The notes beneath the pieces are model-generated. The model had not been told where the DNA came from, did no database searches, and saw only the letters and a list, made by a program, of their open reading frames with translations. The translations under genes and the position numbers were made by a program. Below, in pieces: positions 40,898 to 51,085 of a stretch of 64,000 nucleotides of DNA. The DNA is from an uncultured Anaerolineales bacterium (GTDB taxonomy: Bacteria; Chloroflexota; Anaerolineae; B4-G1; SLSP01), in NCBI GenBank assembly GCA_964504195.1, contig CAZDDI010000012.1:13284-77283 (forward strand), read 5' to 3'. Each line of letters begins with the position of its first letter. Position 1 is the stretch's first letter.

Positions 40898-41131
40898 ATG
40901 CCGATTTATGAATACACTTGTCAGGATTGCCAGAATCATTTTCAGGCGCGGCGTGCGATGCGTGATGCTGATGCGCCGCTTGCCTGTCCCCAGTGCGGTG
41001 CGAAGCGCGCCAAACGGGGGCTATCGCTCTTTGCTGCGCATAGCAGTAGCGGGAAGGCTCTCGCTGGGGGTGGGGCCTCATGCGGCTCGTGCAGCAGTTC
41101 CAGTTGTGGCTCTTGTGGGCATAAACATTGA
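40898..41131 (+). CDS. FmdB-family zinc ribbon protein
   Basis: MPIYEY.C..C...F, CP.CG, Cys-rich tail. Confidence 0.85.
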   Translation: MPIYEYTCQDCQNHFQARRAMRDADAPLACPQCGAKRAKRGLSLFAAHSSSGKALAGGGASCGSCSSSSCGSCGHKH

Positions 41132-41148
41132 GTAGATACCCAGGTTGT

Positions 41149-41262
41149 TAGCAGTTCGCCAGAGTCTTTATAGGACACGGATTGGTATGGATTTTACGGA
41201 TAAGAATTGTAAGAAATCCGTGTTCTAAATTTTAAATCTGTCCAGGTGACGCTCGAGTTAGA
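41149..41262. repeat. Dispersed ~125-bp repeat, inverted copy
   Basis: gccagagtctttataggacacggat is the near reverse complement of atccgtgtcctataaacattctggc at ~61575-61599. Confidence 0.65.
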
Positions 41263-41268
41263 CAATAA

Positions 41269-41302
41269 ACAACCCTCCCGCGAGCAAGCGCGGGAGGGTT
41301 GT
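41269..41302. terminator. Hairpin between convergent genes (probable bidirectional terminator)
   Basis: acaaccctcccgcg-agcaag-cgcgggagggttgt. Confidence 0.7.
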
Positions 41303-41332
41303 GTGCCTGAGAACCTGTCCGAAAATTCCGCC

Positions 41333-41440
41333 GATGGTCGAACTGTCGAAACCGGTGGCTGAGGCCTTCGGCAAGCTCAGTCACCGGAGCAGCCCGGTGG
41401 CTGAGCCTGTCGCAGCCGGTGGCTGAGCCTGTCGCAGCCC
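41333..41440. repeat. Intergenic cluster of the same REP family as 33385-33730
   Basis: ccttcggcaagctcag and ccggtggctgagcctgtcgca x2. Confidence 0.75.
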
Positions 41441-41489
41441 AACCACCGCGTGAAACGTGAACTTAGTTTCACGTTTCATGTAGCATGTT

Positions 41490-42038
41490 TTACCGTTCCG
41501 GGAACGCCAGTTCTGCCCCCTTGCGCAGCGCGAGCTTGTTAGGCTCTAGCCACTGCCGTTGGCGATCCGAAAGGTGCTTCTCCAGCTCGGTCTCCAGTGA
41601 GGCGATCTTCACAATGCCCGTCGCCGCGACGAGCATCCCCAGCGCGACGAGATTCGCCATCCGCACGTTGCCCAGCTCGGTAGCGATGTCACTCGCCTTG
41701 AGTTGCAGCACACGAATGTCGGAGCGCACGAACTGCTTCGGCGCGAGCGAGGCATTGACCACCAGCAGACCGCCCGGCTTTACCAGCGGGCCGTACTTCT
41801 CCAGCGAGGGCAGATTGAGCGCGATGGCCGCTGTCGGATTGCGCACAACCGGCGCGCCGATCTCTTCCTCGGAAACGATCACGGTACAGTTGGCTGTGCC
41901 GCCGCGCATCTCTGGTCCGTAAGACGGGATCCAGGTCACATACAAATTCTCCGCCAGCCCGGCGTAAGCCAGCAGCTGTCCCGCAAAGAGCGCGCCTTGA
42001 CCGCCAAACCCTGAGATGATGATGTCTTGGTGTCGCAT
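41490..42038 (-). CDS. 2-oxoacid:ferredoxin oxidoreductase gamma subunit
   Basis: GFGGQG, PSYGPEMRGG, N.VALG. Confidence 0.92.
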   Translation of the reverse strand: MRHQDIIISGFGGQGALFAGQLLAYAGLAENLYVTWIPSYGPEMRGGTANCTVIVSEEEIGAPVVRNPTAAIALNLPSLEKYGPLVKPGGLLVVNASLAPKQFVRSDIRVLQLKASDIATELGNVRMANLVALGMLVAATGIVKIASLETELEKHLSDRQRQWLEPNKLALRKGAELAFPER

Positions 42039-42047
42039 CGCCGCCTC

Positions 42048-42836
42048 CTATACCTTGAGCGCCGCTACTGCGTCGCTAACTTTAGTATTACCCAACGGGA
42101 ACTCCGGGATCATGTTCTCTTTGGCCCACTGCATCGCGTCCCAGGGGTCCACATGCCAGTTGGTCGGGCAGGTGGAGAGCACCTCTACGATGCTGAACCC
42201 CAGCCCTTGTTGCTGCGCCATGAACGCCCGCTTGATGGCTTTCTTCGTCTTGTTGATGCCGGGCAGGTCGAGCGCGGATTGGCGCGTGGCATAGGCTACC
42301 GCCGGGATCGCGGCCATGATCTCGCTGATATGCACCGGCACACCGGCGATACGCGGATCGCGCCCGAACGGGCTGGATGTGGTCTTCTGGCCCTCCAGCG
42401 TGGTGGGGGCCATCTGCCCGCCTGTCATGCCGTAGATGGCGTTGTTGACGAAGATGGTGGTGATGAGCTCGCCGCGATGCGCCGCGTGGATGATCTCGTT
42501 CGTGCCGATGGCCGCCAGATCGCCGTCGCCCTGATAGGTGAACACGATCTTGTCGGGGTTGACGCGCTTGATGCCGGTCGCCATCGCGGGCGCGCGCCCG
42601 TGCGGCGCTTCGGCAAAGTCCATCTTGAAGTAGTAGTAGGCCAGCACCGAACAGCCCACCGGCGCCACGCCGATGGTCTGCTCGCGCACGCCCAGCTCAT
42701 CCAGCACTTCCGCTACCAGCCGGTGGATGACGCCGTGCGTACAGCCGGGGCAGTAGTGCGTGCTTTTCTTCGTCATTGAGTCTGGATACTGATAGATCAG
42801 TTCCATGTTTTCGGGGATTTGCGCTACATCGCTCAT
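42048..42836 (-). CDS. 2-oxoacid:ferredoxin oxidoreductase beta (TPP-binding) subunit
   Basis: [25 protein letters not shown]. Confidence 0.93.
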   Translation of the reverse strand: MSDVAQIPENMELIYQYPDSMTKKSTHYCPGCTHGVIHRLVAEVLDELGVREQTIGVAPVGCSVLAYYYFKMDFAEAPHGRAPAMATGIKRVNPDKIVFTYQGDGDLAAIGTNEIIHAAHRGELITTIFVNNAIYGMTGGQMAPTTLEGQKTTSSPFGRDPRIAGVPVHISEIMAAIPAVAYATRQSALDLPGINKTKKAIKRAFMAQQQGLGFSIVEVLSTCPTNWHVDPWDAMQWAKENMIPEFPLGNTKVSDAVAALKV

Positions 42837-43894
42837 TTCCCAGTACCCCCTTCCATATCCTTAACTGCGGCCAGAATCTCATCCACCATCGGGACAATGC
42901 CGCCCATCCGCCCATAGAACTTGACGGGCGTTTTGCCCAGAACGGCCAATTGCACATCCTCCAACATCTGCCCGGCGCTCATCTCGGAGACGAGGACGCC
43001 GCGCACCTGCCCGGCCAGCTCCGCAATGCGCGCCGAGGGGAACGGCCAGAGCGTCTGCGGGCGCAACAAGCCCACTTTGAGGCCCTGCTTGCGCGCCTCG
43101 CGCACCACCGAGAGGCAAATCCGCCCGACGGTGCCGTAAGCCACCAGCAGCAGCTCGGCATCTTCGGTTTGATATTCCTTCCAGCGCACTTCATTTTTCT
43201 GGATTTCCGCCAGCTTCGCCTGGAAGCGCAGGTTGGTCTTCTCCAACCCTTCCGGCGAGAGATCAAGCGAGGTGATGATGTGCTGCTCGCGGCCCACCGC
43301 GCCGGTCAGCGCCCAGTCCGGGCGCGGACGGGGGAACGGCTGCATGGGGGGCAGCTCGGCGGATTCCATGATCTGCCCCAGGCTGCCATCCCCGGCGATG
43401 AGAACGAGCGTGCGGTACTTCTCGGCCAGGTCGAAGGCCAGCCCCATCATGTCAATGATCTCCTGCACGTTGGCGGGAGCCAACACGATGGGGTGGAAAT
43501 CGCCATGCCCGGCGCTCTTCGTCATGATAAAGTAATCGCTCTGCGAGGGCTGGATGTTGCCCAGGCCCGGCCCGCCGCGCTGCATGTTGACCACTACAGC
43601 GGGCACATCCGAGCCGGCGATGTAGGAGAGGCCCTCGGCCATGAGGCTGAACCCCGGCCCAGAGGTCGAGGTCATCGTGCGGACGCCGCAGCAGGCCGCG
43701 CCGTAGACCATGTTGATCGCGCCCAGCTCGCTCTCGGCCTGGATGAAGACGCGGTTCTCCTCCACCATGCGCTTGGCGAGGTGCTCCAGCGCCTCGCTCT
43801 GCGGGGTGATGGGATAGCCGAAGTAGGCTTCCAGACCGTAGCGCAGCGCGGCTTCAGCGAAGGCTTCGTTACCCTTGAGTAATTCGCGTGCCAT
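42833..43894 (-). CDS. 2-oxoacid:ferredoxin oxidoreductase alpha subunit (VorB-like)
   Basis: [31 protein letters not shown]. Confidence 0.93.
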   Translation of the reverse strand: MARELLKGNEAFAEAALRYGLEAYFGYPITPQSEALEHLAKRMVEENRVFIQAESELGAINMVYGAACCGVRTMTSTSGPGFSLMAEGLSYIAGSDVPAVVVNMQRGGPGLGNIQPSQSDYFIMTKSAGHGDFHPIVLAPANVQEIIDMMGLAFDLAEKYRTLVLIAGDGSLGQIMESAELPPMQPFPRPRPDWALTGAVGREQHIITSLDLSPEGLEKTNLRFQAKLAEIQKNEVRWKEYQTEDAELLLVAYGTVGRICLSVVREARKQGLKVGLLRPQTLWPFPSARIAELAGQVRGVLVSEMSAGQMLEDVQLAVLGKTPVKFYGRMGGIVPMVDEILAAVKDMEGGTGK

Positions 43895-43903
43895 AGCGCC
43901 CTC

Positions 43904-44146
43904 CTATGCCGGCGCCGCCGCGCGGACGCGGCGTTCGCGGTAGACGGTGAAAATCACATCGGGGCAGATTGTCGCGCACGACGCGCACCCGATACACTTA
44001 TCCATGTCCGTTACCATCACCGGGTGATACCCCTTGGCGTTGAACGCCTCAGGGGAAAGCACCAGGATTTTGGAAGGGCAAACATGGGTACACAGACCGC
44101 AGCCCTTACAGCGGTCAACATCAATGACCACCATTCCTTTAGCCAT
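43904..44146 (-). CDS. 2x[4Fe-4S] delta subunit/ferredoxin
   Basis: CKGCGLC..VCP, CIGC.SC..ICP; RBS AAGGAG. Confidence 0.92.
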   Translation of the reverse strand: MAKGMVVIDVDRCKGCGLCTHVCPSKILVLSPEAFNAKGYHPVMVTDMDKCIGCASCATICPDVIFTVYRERRVRAAAPA

Positions 44147-44491
44147 ACACAAAGCTCCTTTCAAAATGTGATTGAGCGAAAAGACGAGAAAGCGAAGGGA
44201 GATGAAGGTTGCGCCGTTCGCAGTAGCACAGGATTTATCCTGTATCTCCGCTATGGCCGGTCTCTGACCGTGCCCGCGCATGTGCTTGATTTCAACTTGC
44301 TCGGCGTGGATTGCCAAATCCACGCCTTTGGCCTACCAAGTATCTGGTAAACCGCTAGATTTGGCAATCCAGCGGGAGCAAGTGGCAGGATTATTTTCTT
44401 GGAATCCCCTTACGCATTACGTTTTACGCAGTACGAGCACTATGCGGGTCAGGCTTTCATTTGCGCATGACCTGCCATGCGCGGATGCGGA

Positions 44492-45304
44492 TTACAGCTC
44501 CCCATGCCAGATGTAATACCCCAGGTGGCAGTACTCTGCAAATCCCATGCGCCGATACATATTTTCGCCCTGGCGCGTGGCGCTGAGAACGCCTATGCGA
44601 TAGCCCAGCGCGCGCGCATCGCGTAGCGCAGCCAGAGTAATCGCCGTGCCTACACCTTGCCGTTGCGCCTGGGGGAGGGTACTCACAAACCCGATTCCGG
44701 CAACGCCAACATCGAGCAGGAGCGAGGCGGTGGCGACTGGCGTGCCATTGTGCCGTCCCAGATAATGCCGCCACGGGGCATCGAATCCCAGCGTGTTAAA
44801 CAGGTCGAAGAGCGCGTCTCCGGCAAAATCGGGCCACCGGAACACTTTTTGGAAGACCTGAATCCAGTGTTTTAGGGCTGCGCTATCTTGGACCTGCTCG
44901 ATGACTAAGCCGGATGGCGTGGGTTGCTCTTCCTCTAGGCGATGTAAATCAACCGCCATGCCAGTGAAATCTGTTGCATGGATTAACTCATGCGCTATTA
45001 GATATTCCTCAAGATTTACCGGGCGGCTGGTTGGCCCAACAAACCAGCTCATGGGTAGTTCCTGCGCTTGAAAATCCAACAATCTTTCTTTGATTCGTTG
45101 TTCGGCGATGTCCGCAGGCAAATGCGTGCGGAGGACGCTGTTGAAGGTGAAATGTGGAATGGGTGTTTTTACCCACATCATCTCTGGTTCGTGATAGAGT
45201 GCGGCTTGCGGCAAGTGCGCAAAACTGGCAAACATTTGGCAATTGTTCAGTTCTATGGCGGCGGCGATAGTTAAGGGGGAGAAGTCGTTTAATATCTCAC
45301 TCAT
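44492..45304 (-). CDS. GNAT N-acetyltransferase
   Basis: V.TLP.AQRQGVG, Y..MGF; start at MSEIL inferred. Confidence 0.82.
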   Translation of the reverse strand: MSEILNDFSPLTIAAAIELNNCQMFASFAHLPQAALYHEPEMMWVKTPIPHFTFNSVLRTHLPADIAEQRIKERLLDFQAQELPMSWFVGPTSRPVNLEEYLIAHELIHATDFTGMAVDLHRLEEEQPTPSGLVIEQVQDSAALKHWIQVFQKVFRWPDFAGDALFDLFNTLGFDAPWRHYLGRHNGTPVATASLLLDVGVAGIGFVSTLPQAQRQGVGTAITLAALRDARALGYRIGVLSATRQGENMYRRMGFAEYCHLGYYIWHGEL

Positions 45305-45463
45305 GATGACTGTCCTGGATGGTGTCCTGATTAGGGCGCCTAAGCAGGCGGTTATGTAGAGATCTGCGGAACCTGTTTGTCTCGTTGTGCAATACTCGGC
45401 GTGGATTCTTGAACCCACGCCGAGCATTGTTCCGTCACTTTTACTTGTTTCCTGTCTATTGTG

Positions 45464-46618
45464 TTACGCTCCCACCATCTGCGTGACCAGCGTAAGCAGC
45501 ACGCCCCCGGCGATGACCGATCCCAACTGTCCGGCGGTGTTCGCGCCCATGGCGTGCATCAACACGAATGTGGAGAAATCTTCATCGGAGGCGACTTTCT
45601 GCACCAGCCGCCCCGCCATCGGGAACGCGCTGATGCCCGCCGCGCCAATCAGCGGATTAATTTTCTTGCCGGAGAGCACATAGAGCAATTTGCCGAACAG
45701 CAAGCCTGCCACTGTATCCAGGGCAAAGGCCAATAGCCCCAAGAGCAGAATGAACAGGGTTTGCAGGTTCAAGAATTGCGCCCCTTGCATGGTGCTGCCC
45801 ACTACCAGTCCCAAGAAAAGGGTGGAGACGTTGATGATCTCTTGCTGCGCGGACTTGGAGAGGCGATCTACCACGCCCGCTTCTTTGAGGATGTTCCCTA
45901 GCATGAGCGTGGCGATCAGCGGGGCAGCCTGCGGCACCAGAATCCCCACGGCGATGGTGACGATGATCGGAAAGAGGATGACCACGCGCTGCGAAACCGG
46001 GCGCGGGGCGTATTCCATCTTGGTCAGGCGCTCTTCGCGGGTGGTCATCAGCCGCATGATAGGTGGTTGGATGACCGGTACGAGGCTCATGTAGGAGTAG
46101 GCCACCACCGCGATAATCCCTAGCAGGTGTGGCGCGAGTTTGGCGCTGACGTAGATGCTCGTCGGGCCATCAATCGCGCCGATGATGCCGATGCTGGCAG
46201 CTTCGGGTAGTCCAAATCCCAGCGACGGGAAGAGCTGGCCCAAGACCAGGGCCAGCGTGAGCGTGCCGAAGATACCGAACTGCCCCGCCGCGCCCATCAA
46301 TGCGAAGACGGGCTGCGCCAATAGCGGGCGGAAGTCCATCATCGCCCCTACGCCGATGAAGATGAGCAGGGGGAACAGCTCGTTGGCAACGCCGGCCTCA
46401 TACAATACCGCCAACATCCCGTGCTCCTCAGCGTTGATCATGTACGAGAGCGGCAGGTTGCCGATGATGACGCCCAAGCCGATGGGCAACAACAAGGTTG
46501 GCTCATACTCTTTGGCGATTGCCAGGTAGATGAGCACGCCGCCTACGGCCATCATCACCACGCTCTGCCAGGTGATGGCGAACAGCCCTTCGAACAGTGC
46601 ATGTAATATCTCGTTCAC
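45464..46618 (-). CDS. Na+-translocating decarboxylase beta subunit (OadB/MmdB/GcdB)
   Basis: EP.LLLPIG, IGIIGAIDGPT, AYSYMSLVP, HAMGAN. Confidence 0.95.
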   Translation of the reverse strand: MNEILHALFEGLFAITWQSVVMMAVGGVLIYLAIAKEYEPTLLLPIGLGVIIGNLPLSYMINAEEHGMLAVLYEAGVANELFPLLIFIGVGAMMDFRPLLAQPVFALMGAAGQFGIFGTLTLALVLGQLFPSLGFGLPEAASIGIIGAIDGPTSIYVSAKLAPHLLGIIAVVAYSYMSLVPVIQPPIMRLMTTREERLTKMEYAPRPVSQRVVILFPIIVTIAVGILVPQAAPLIATLMLGNILKEAGVVDRLSKSAQQEIINVSTLFLGLVVGSTMQGAQFLNLQTLFILLLGLLAFALDTVAGLLFGKLLYVLSGKKINPLIGAAGISAFPMAGRLVQKVASDEDFSTFVLMHAMGANTAGQLGSVIAGGVLLTLVTQMVGA

Positions 46619-46682
46619 CGGTGCTTGTCTCCTCGGAAAATCTGCAAATCAGCCAATCTCAAAATTTAGTGCTGAGATTGTT

Positions 46683-46750
46683 AGCCACGAATTTCACGAA
46701 TGGACACGGAAGTCTGAAATGAATTCGCAAAATTTATGTAATTCGTGGCA
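46683..46750. repeat. CACGAAT-type palindromic repeat
   Basis: gccacgaatttcacgaat ... aattcgtggc; related copies at 52590, 52722 and 59152. Confidence 0.8.
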
Positions 46751-46763
46751 GGTTCTGGTTAAT

Positions 46764-47609
46764 TCAACTTGGGCCACCTATGCTTAGGGCCGGCGCTGCG
46801 TTTGTGTCGCCGTCGGGCGCTGTAGCGTTTTCCGTTGGCGCGGCGATGCTACAGCGCAACAGGTGCATTGGGCGGGCGATCTCGAACCCTAGGTGTTGGT
46901 ACAGGCGGATGGCGGGCGCGTTGCTCTGATAGACCATCAGAAATACGCACAAATCCTGCGCGCTGAGCGCCTGCACCAGTGCCGATGTCACGGCTGCGGC
47001 ATAGCCGCGCCCCCGGTACGCCGTTCGCGTCACGATGTTGCCGATCTCCGCCGCGCCGGGCAATTGCAGATGCGTAGTCGCCATCGCCAACAGCGTGCGC
47101 CCTTCCCAAATCCCGAAGGCCGGGCCGCTCGCCAGCGGATCCTTCTCGAAAGCCTTGAGCGCCTCGGCTGCGGCCAGCGCGCGCATAGCGGGCAGGTCTT
47201 TTTCGTGCAACGCCACCGCCGTGCCCGTGTCCAGCTCCGCCGCATCCCCGCGGAATACCATCTGCCATTCGGGGATGTCCTCTAAAATGGTGAAGGCCGC
47301 GCTGACCACCGCGCGTTGCTCCTCATTGACCAGTAGATAAGCTTCGGAGCCGGGATCGGAGAGGAACGAGGCGTAATTCGCCAGCAAATCGGCGGAATCG
47401 CCCAGAAAAGCAAGTGCTGGTAGCGTGTACCGGTGACAGCTTGCCACCGACATCGCCGGGGAATGCGCAATATCGCACTCCTGCGCCAGCGTGGTCACGT
47501 CTGCTACAAAAGTGAAATGTGCCAGCGTCCACTCCAGGTCTTGTGTCAGGGCCTGGATTTGCTGGGTCAGCGGCGAGGCAACCCGCTCGGCGAACTCTGG
47601 CGTACTCAT
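46764..47609 (-). CDS. GNAT (FR47-like) acetyltransferase
   Basis: EIGNIVT..YRGRGYA, N.PAIRLY..LGF. Confidence 0.82.
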   Translation of the reverse strand: MSTPEFAERVASPLTQQIQALTQDLEWTLAHFTFVADVTTLAQECDIAHSPAMSVASCHRYTLPALAFLGDSADLLANYASFLSDPGSEAYLLVNEEQRAVVSAAFTILEDIPEWQMVFRGDAAELDTGTAVALHEKDLPAMRALAAAEALKAFEKDPLASGPAFGIWEGRTLLAMATTHLQLPGAAEIGNIVTRTAYRGRGYAAAVTSALVQALSAQDLCVFLMVYQSNAPAIRLYQHLGFEIARPMHLLRCSIAAPTENATAPDGDTNAAPALSIGGPS

Positions 47610-47612
47610 CGC

Positions 47613-48035
47613 TTACTCGATTTTGAACAGGGCTTCGCTGTGCTGCACCTGTTGGCCCACGTTGATGAAAACCTGCGTGACTTTACCGGCGGACGTGGCG
47701 CGAATCGGGTTATTCATCTTCATCGCTTCCAGTACGCACAGCTGATCGCCGTACTTCACCGTATCGCCCACCTTCACATCCACGCTCAAGACGACGCCAG
47801 GTAGGGGGGCCGTGACCTGGCCGGGCACACCGGCAGCTACTGGCGCGGCCAATCCGGATGGCGCAATGGGGGCGACTACCGGCGGCGCTGCTGGCGTTGC
47901 GCCTGGCATGGGGCTGGTATCTACAATGACGTCAAACGCAACCCCGTCTACGATGGCGCGCACCGGTCGTTTGTAGGGCTGGGGGACTTCAACGCGATAA
48001 GACTGCTCGCCAATTTTGATCTGATAAACAGGCAT
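47613..48035 (-). CDS. Biotin carboxyl carrier subunit
   Basis: APLPG, LEAMKM; Ala/Pro linker. Confidence 0.93.
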   Translation of the reverse strand: MPVYQIKIGEQSYRVEVPQPYKRPVRAIVDGVAFDVIVDTSPMPGATPAAPPVVAPIAPSGLAAPVAAGVPGQVTAPLPGVVLSVDVKVGDTVKYGDQLCVLEAMKMNNPIRATSAGKVTQVFINVGQQVQHSEALFKIE

Positions 48036-48062
48036 GGTATTTTCTCTCCAGCTGTATGAATG

Positions 48063-48407
48063 TTAGCGGCGCGCACGGCGCGATTGGTGTTGCGTGAGCC
48101 GATTGAGCGCCTGGTTGCGGGCGTATCCACTCCAGCCCTGGGCTGCACTTGTGGGGGCGGGGGCCACGACGGCAGGTTGCGCGGTCGCCAGCGCGACGGC
48201 TACGGCTGCTACAGCCGCCAGCTGGCGCGCATCCGGCAACGCTGGCGTGGGGGCTGCATCTAGGGCCGCGTCCATCGCTGATTCCGGGGCATCTTTGAGG
48301 AGCGCGGTGAGGGCGTACATCCCCAGCACCAGGGCGCCCAGAGTGGCAAAGGTGACGCCCATGCCCCATACCGTGACTACTAAAGCTTGTTGTAACAGTT
48401 CGGCCAT
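48063..48407 (-). CDS. Decarboxylase gamma/delta subunit (OadG/MmdD-like)
   Basis: GMGVTF..L TM segment, AVAAVAVA, C-terminal W..R. Confidence 0.8.
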   Translation of the reverse strand: MAELLQQALVVTVWGMGVTFATLGALVLGMYALTALLKDAPESAMDAALDAAPTPALPDARQLAAVAAVAVALATAQPAVVAPAPTSAAQGWSGYARNQALNRLTQHQSRRARR

Positions 48408-48419
48408 GTTCTTCCCCTC

Positions 48420-49961
48420 TTATGCCGGCATAATGCCGTGCTTGCGTGCTGGGGCCTTGCTTACCTGCTCACGCAGCATCCCTAGCGCCTGGATGAGCAC
48501 CGGGCGGGTCTGCGCCGGTTCGATGACGTTATCGAGGATGCCATAGTGTGAGGCCAGGTAGGGGTTGGCGAACTCCTCGCGGTAGGCGGCCACCAGCTCG
48601 CGGCGTTTGGCTTCCGGGTCTTCCGCAGCGGAGATTTCGCGGCGGTGGAGGATATTCACTGCGCCCTCCGGCCCCATCACGGCGATTTCGGCGGAGGGCC
48701 ACGCCAGGTGCAGGTCGGCCCCGATGCTTTTGCTGCACATCACCACATACGCGCCGCCGTAGCCCTTGCGCGTGACGATGGAAATTTTGGGGACGGTGGC
48801 CTCGACGTAGGCGTAGATAATCTTCGCGCCGTGGCGAATGATACCGCTGTGCTCCTGCACCACACCCGGCAGGAAGCCCGGCGAGTCCATCAACGTCACC
48901 AGCGGGATGTTGAACGCATCGCAGAAGCGCACGAAGCGCGCGATTTTGTCGGAGCTGTTGATGTCGAGTACGCCGGCCATCACCATTGGCTGCTGCGCCA
49001 CCAGGCCTACCACGCGCCCATCGAGCCGGGCCAGCCCTACGATGGCGCTCTGCGCCCAGCCGGCCTGCACTTCGAGGAACGAGCCTTGATCCACAATCGT
49101 CACGATGACCTCGCGCATATCGTAAGGCACGTTGGGGTCTTTGGGCACAATCGTGTTGAGCCGCGTTTCGATGCGTGTAGGGCTGTCGGTGGGGGCAACG
49201 TAAGGCGGGTCTTCGAGGTTGTTGGCGGGCAGGTAAGAGAGCAGTTGCCGCGTCAACGCCAGTGATTCTTCTTCCGTGTTGCCCATGAAATGCGCCACAC
49301 CGCTCACCGTGCAGTGGACGTGCGCGCCGCCCAAGCCTTCCTGATCAATCACCTCGCCGGTCACGCTCTTCACTACATCTGGGCCGGTGATGAACATCAC
49401 GGAACTCTTATCGGTCATAATGATGAAATCCGTGAGCGCGGGGCTATACGATGCGCCCCCCGCGCACGGGCCAAGCATCACGGAGAGTTGGGGGATGACG
49501 CCGGACGCTTGCGCGTTGCGTTTGAAGATCTCGCCGTACCCGTGCAGCGCTTGCACCCCTTCCTGGATGCGCGCGCCGCCGGAGTCCATCAGGCCGATGA
49601 TGGGCAGGCCATGCTGCATCGCCAGATCCATCACCCGGCAGATTTTCTCCGCGTGCTGCAATGAGACCGAGCCGCCGTAGACGGTGAAATCCTGCGCAAA
49701 GACGAGTACATTACGCCCACCGATTTGCCCATAGCCGGAGACCACGCCATCGCCTAGCGCCGGGGCGTCCTGGCTGGGGCAGACGACGAAAGGCTGTAAC
49801 TCTTGGAACGTGCCAGGATCGAGTAGCTTCTCCACGCGCTCGCGCGCGGTCATCTTGCCCTTGGCATGTTGTTTCTCGATGCGCTCCACGCCCCCGGCCA
49901 GGGTCGCGGCCTCGCGCATCGCGTGTAATTTTTCGAGACGCGGGTCTTGTGTGTCGCTCAC
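48420..49961 (-). CDS. Acyl-CoA carboxyltransferase (methylmalonyl-CoA decarboxylase alpha-like)
   Basis: GKMTARER, DSGGARIQEG, GPCAGG, RK.YGGAY, KHG.MP; GTG start follows GGAGG. Confidence 0.92.
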   Translation of the reverse strand: MSDTQDPRLEKLHAMREAATLAGGVERIEKQHAKGKMTARERVEKLLDPGTFQELQPFVVCPSQDAPALGDGVVSGYGQIGGRNVLVFAQDFTVYGGSVSLQHAEKICRVMDLAMQHGLPIIGLMDSGGARIQEGVQALHGYGEIFKRNAQASGVIPQLSVMLGPCAGGASYSPALTDFIIMTDKSSVMFITGPDVVKSVTGEVIDQEGLGGAHVHCTVSGVAHFMGNTEEESLALTRQLLSYLPANNLEDPPYVAPTDSPTRIETRLNTIVPKDPNVPYDMREVIVTIVDQGSFLEVQAGWAQSAIVGLARLDGRVVGLVAQQPMVMAGVLDINSSDKIARFVRFCDAFNIPLVTLMDSPGFLPGVVQEHSGIIRHGAKIIYAYVEATVPKISIVTRKGYGGAYVVMCSKSIGADLHLAWPSAEIAVMGPEGAVNILHRREISAAEDPEAKRRELVAAYREEFANPYLASHYGILDNVIEPAQTRPVLIQALGMLREQVSKAPARKHGIMPA

Positions 49962-50071
49962 GGTTCCTCCTGAAAATGCTGTTTCAACGATGATGCTATG
50001 TGGTACACGGGGATTATCAAAGTTTTTCAACAGTGCTGAAAAATAAATTGCGTTAATCAGAACTTGTCATT

Positions 50072-50108
50072 GAAAAGAGGCTTCGGGAGCTTGCCGAAGC
50101 CTCTTTTA
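50072..50108. terminator. Bidirectional terminator-like hairpin
   Basis: aaaagaggcttcgg-gagcttg-ccgaagcctctttt. Confidence 0.75.
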
Positions 50109-50169
50109 ATTCTATCTTCTGCGGGGATATACCCCAAGTGTGAAGTGTCATTGTCGCCAATGATGATGT

Positions 50170-50664
50170 TCACCTAAGCCCGGTCTCGATCTCCAGGAGG
50201 GTTTGATCGAGTGCCTCCAGAACTTCTGGGGGTAAGGAGACCTCAACCGGTAGCGATACTTGCAGATGGTAGCTGGTGGAGATCGGTATGGTCATCTGTA
50301 CCGGGATTTCCAGGATAAGTTGTAGGGGAATGTTGGCGCGAATGGGCACGGTGACATTTTGCGGCCCTAGCAGGGGCACCGCAATCGTGGTGTTGACGAT
50401 GGTATCGAGCGCATAGGTGGTATCTATCGGTACGGAGAAGCTCTGGTTGATGGGGATCTCGACCGCGAGTGGCAACACCTGATCCACTTGTACCATGGTA
50501 GTGAAAGGTTCCATCGTGAAGTCGCTCAACGCCGCGCGCGCGGATACAACTGTATCGAATGCAGCCGCTTTGAAGCTCAGCAATTGCCAGACCACGAAGG
50601 CGTTAATTGTCAATGACAGTAGCAGTCCCAGAGCCAAAATCACGAGAGCGATACGTGTTTTCAT
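50170..50664 (-). CDS. Hypothetical membrane-anchored protein with a beta-rich I/P/V segment
   Basis: N-terminal TM, repeated VPID/IPI motifs; RBS GAGGAG. Confidence 0.65.
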   Translation of the reverse strand: MKTRIALVILALGLLLSLTINAFVVWQLLSFKAAAFDTVVSARAALSDFTMEPFTTMVQVDQVLPLAVEIPINQSFSVPIDTTYALDTIVNTTIAVPLLGPQNVTVPIRANIPLQLILEIPVQMTIPISTSYHLQVSLPVEVSLPPEVLEALDQTLLEIETGLR

Positions 50665-51085
50665 GGTAATTCTCCTCATTAAAATGGCAAATCTTAAATC
50701 AAAACAGACTCAGTAGATTACGAAATACTCCAAGGGGATTCCCAGCTCCCCGTCCGGGGCTGGATTTGGCGATCCAGCCTGAGCAATCTGTGATCTACTG
50801 AGGCTGAGTAGTTACAATCCGCGCTCTACTGAGACTTGAATTTTCGGGGTGCTTTTCGAGCTAACGAGGGTATTATAGAGGGTTTTGGACATAGGGCAAT
50901 CGCAGCGGGGAGCGTCATTGCTTCCAAAAGGCACTTTCAGGCCCAAATTTTATTCGCAGCAGAATTTCCCCGCTTGCCTGCTCGCGTGGACTTGTCTCCC
51001 GTGGGCGCATGGATGCGCGTCCCTGAAACACAAAACGTGAGGCCACCTGCATGCCTCACGTTTCGCTATGACTTCCGACCACGTT

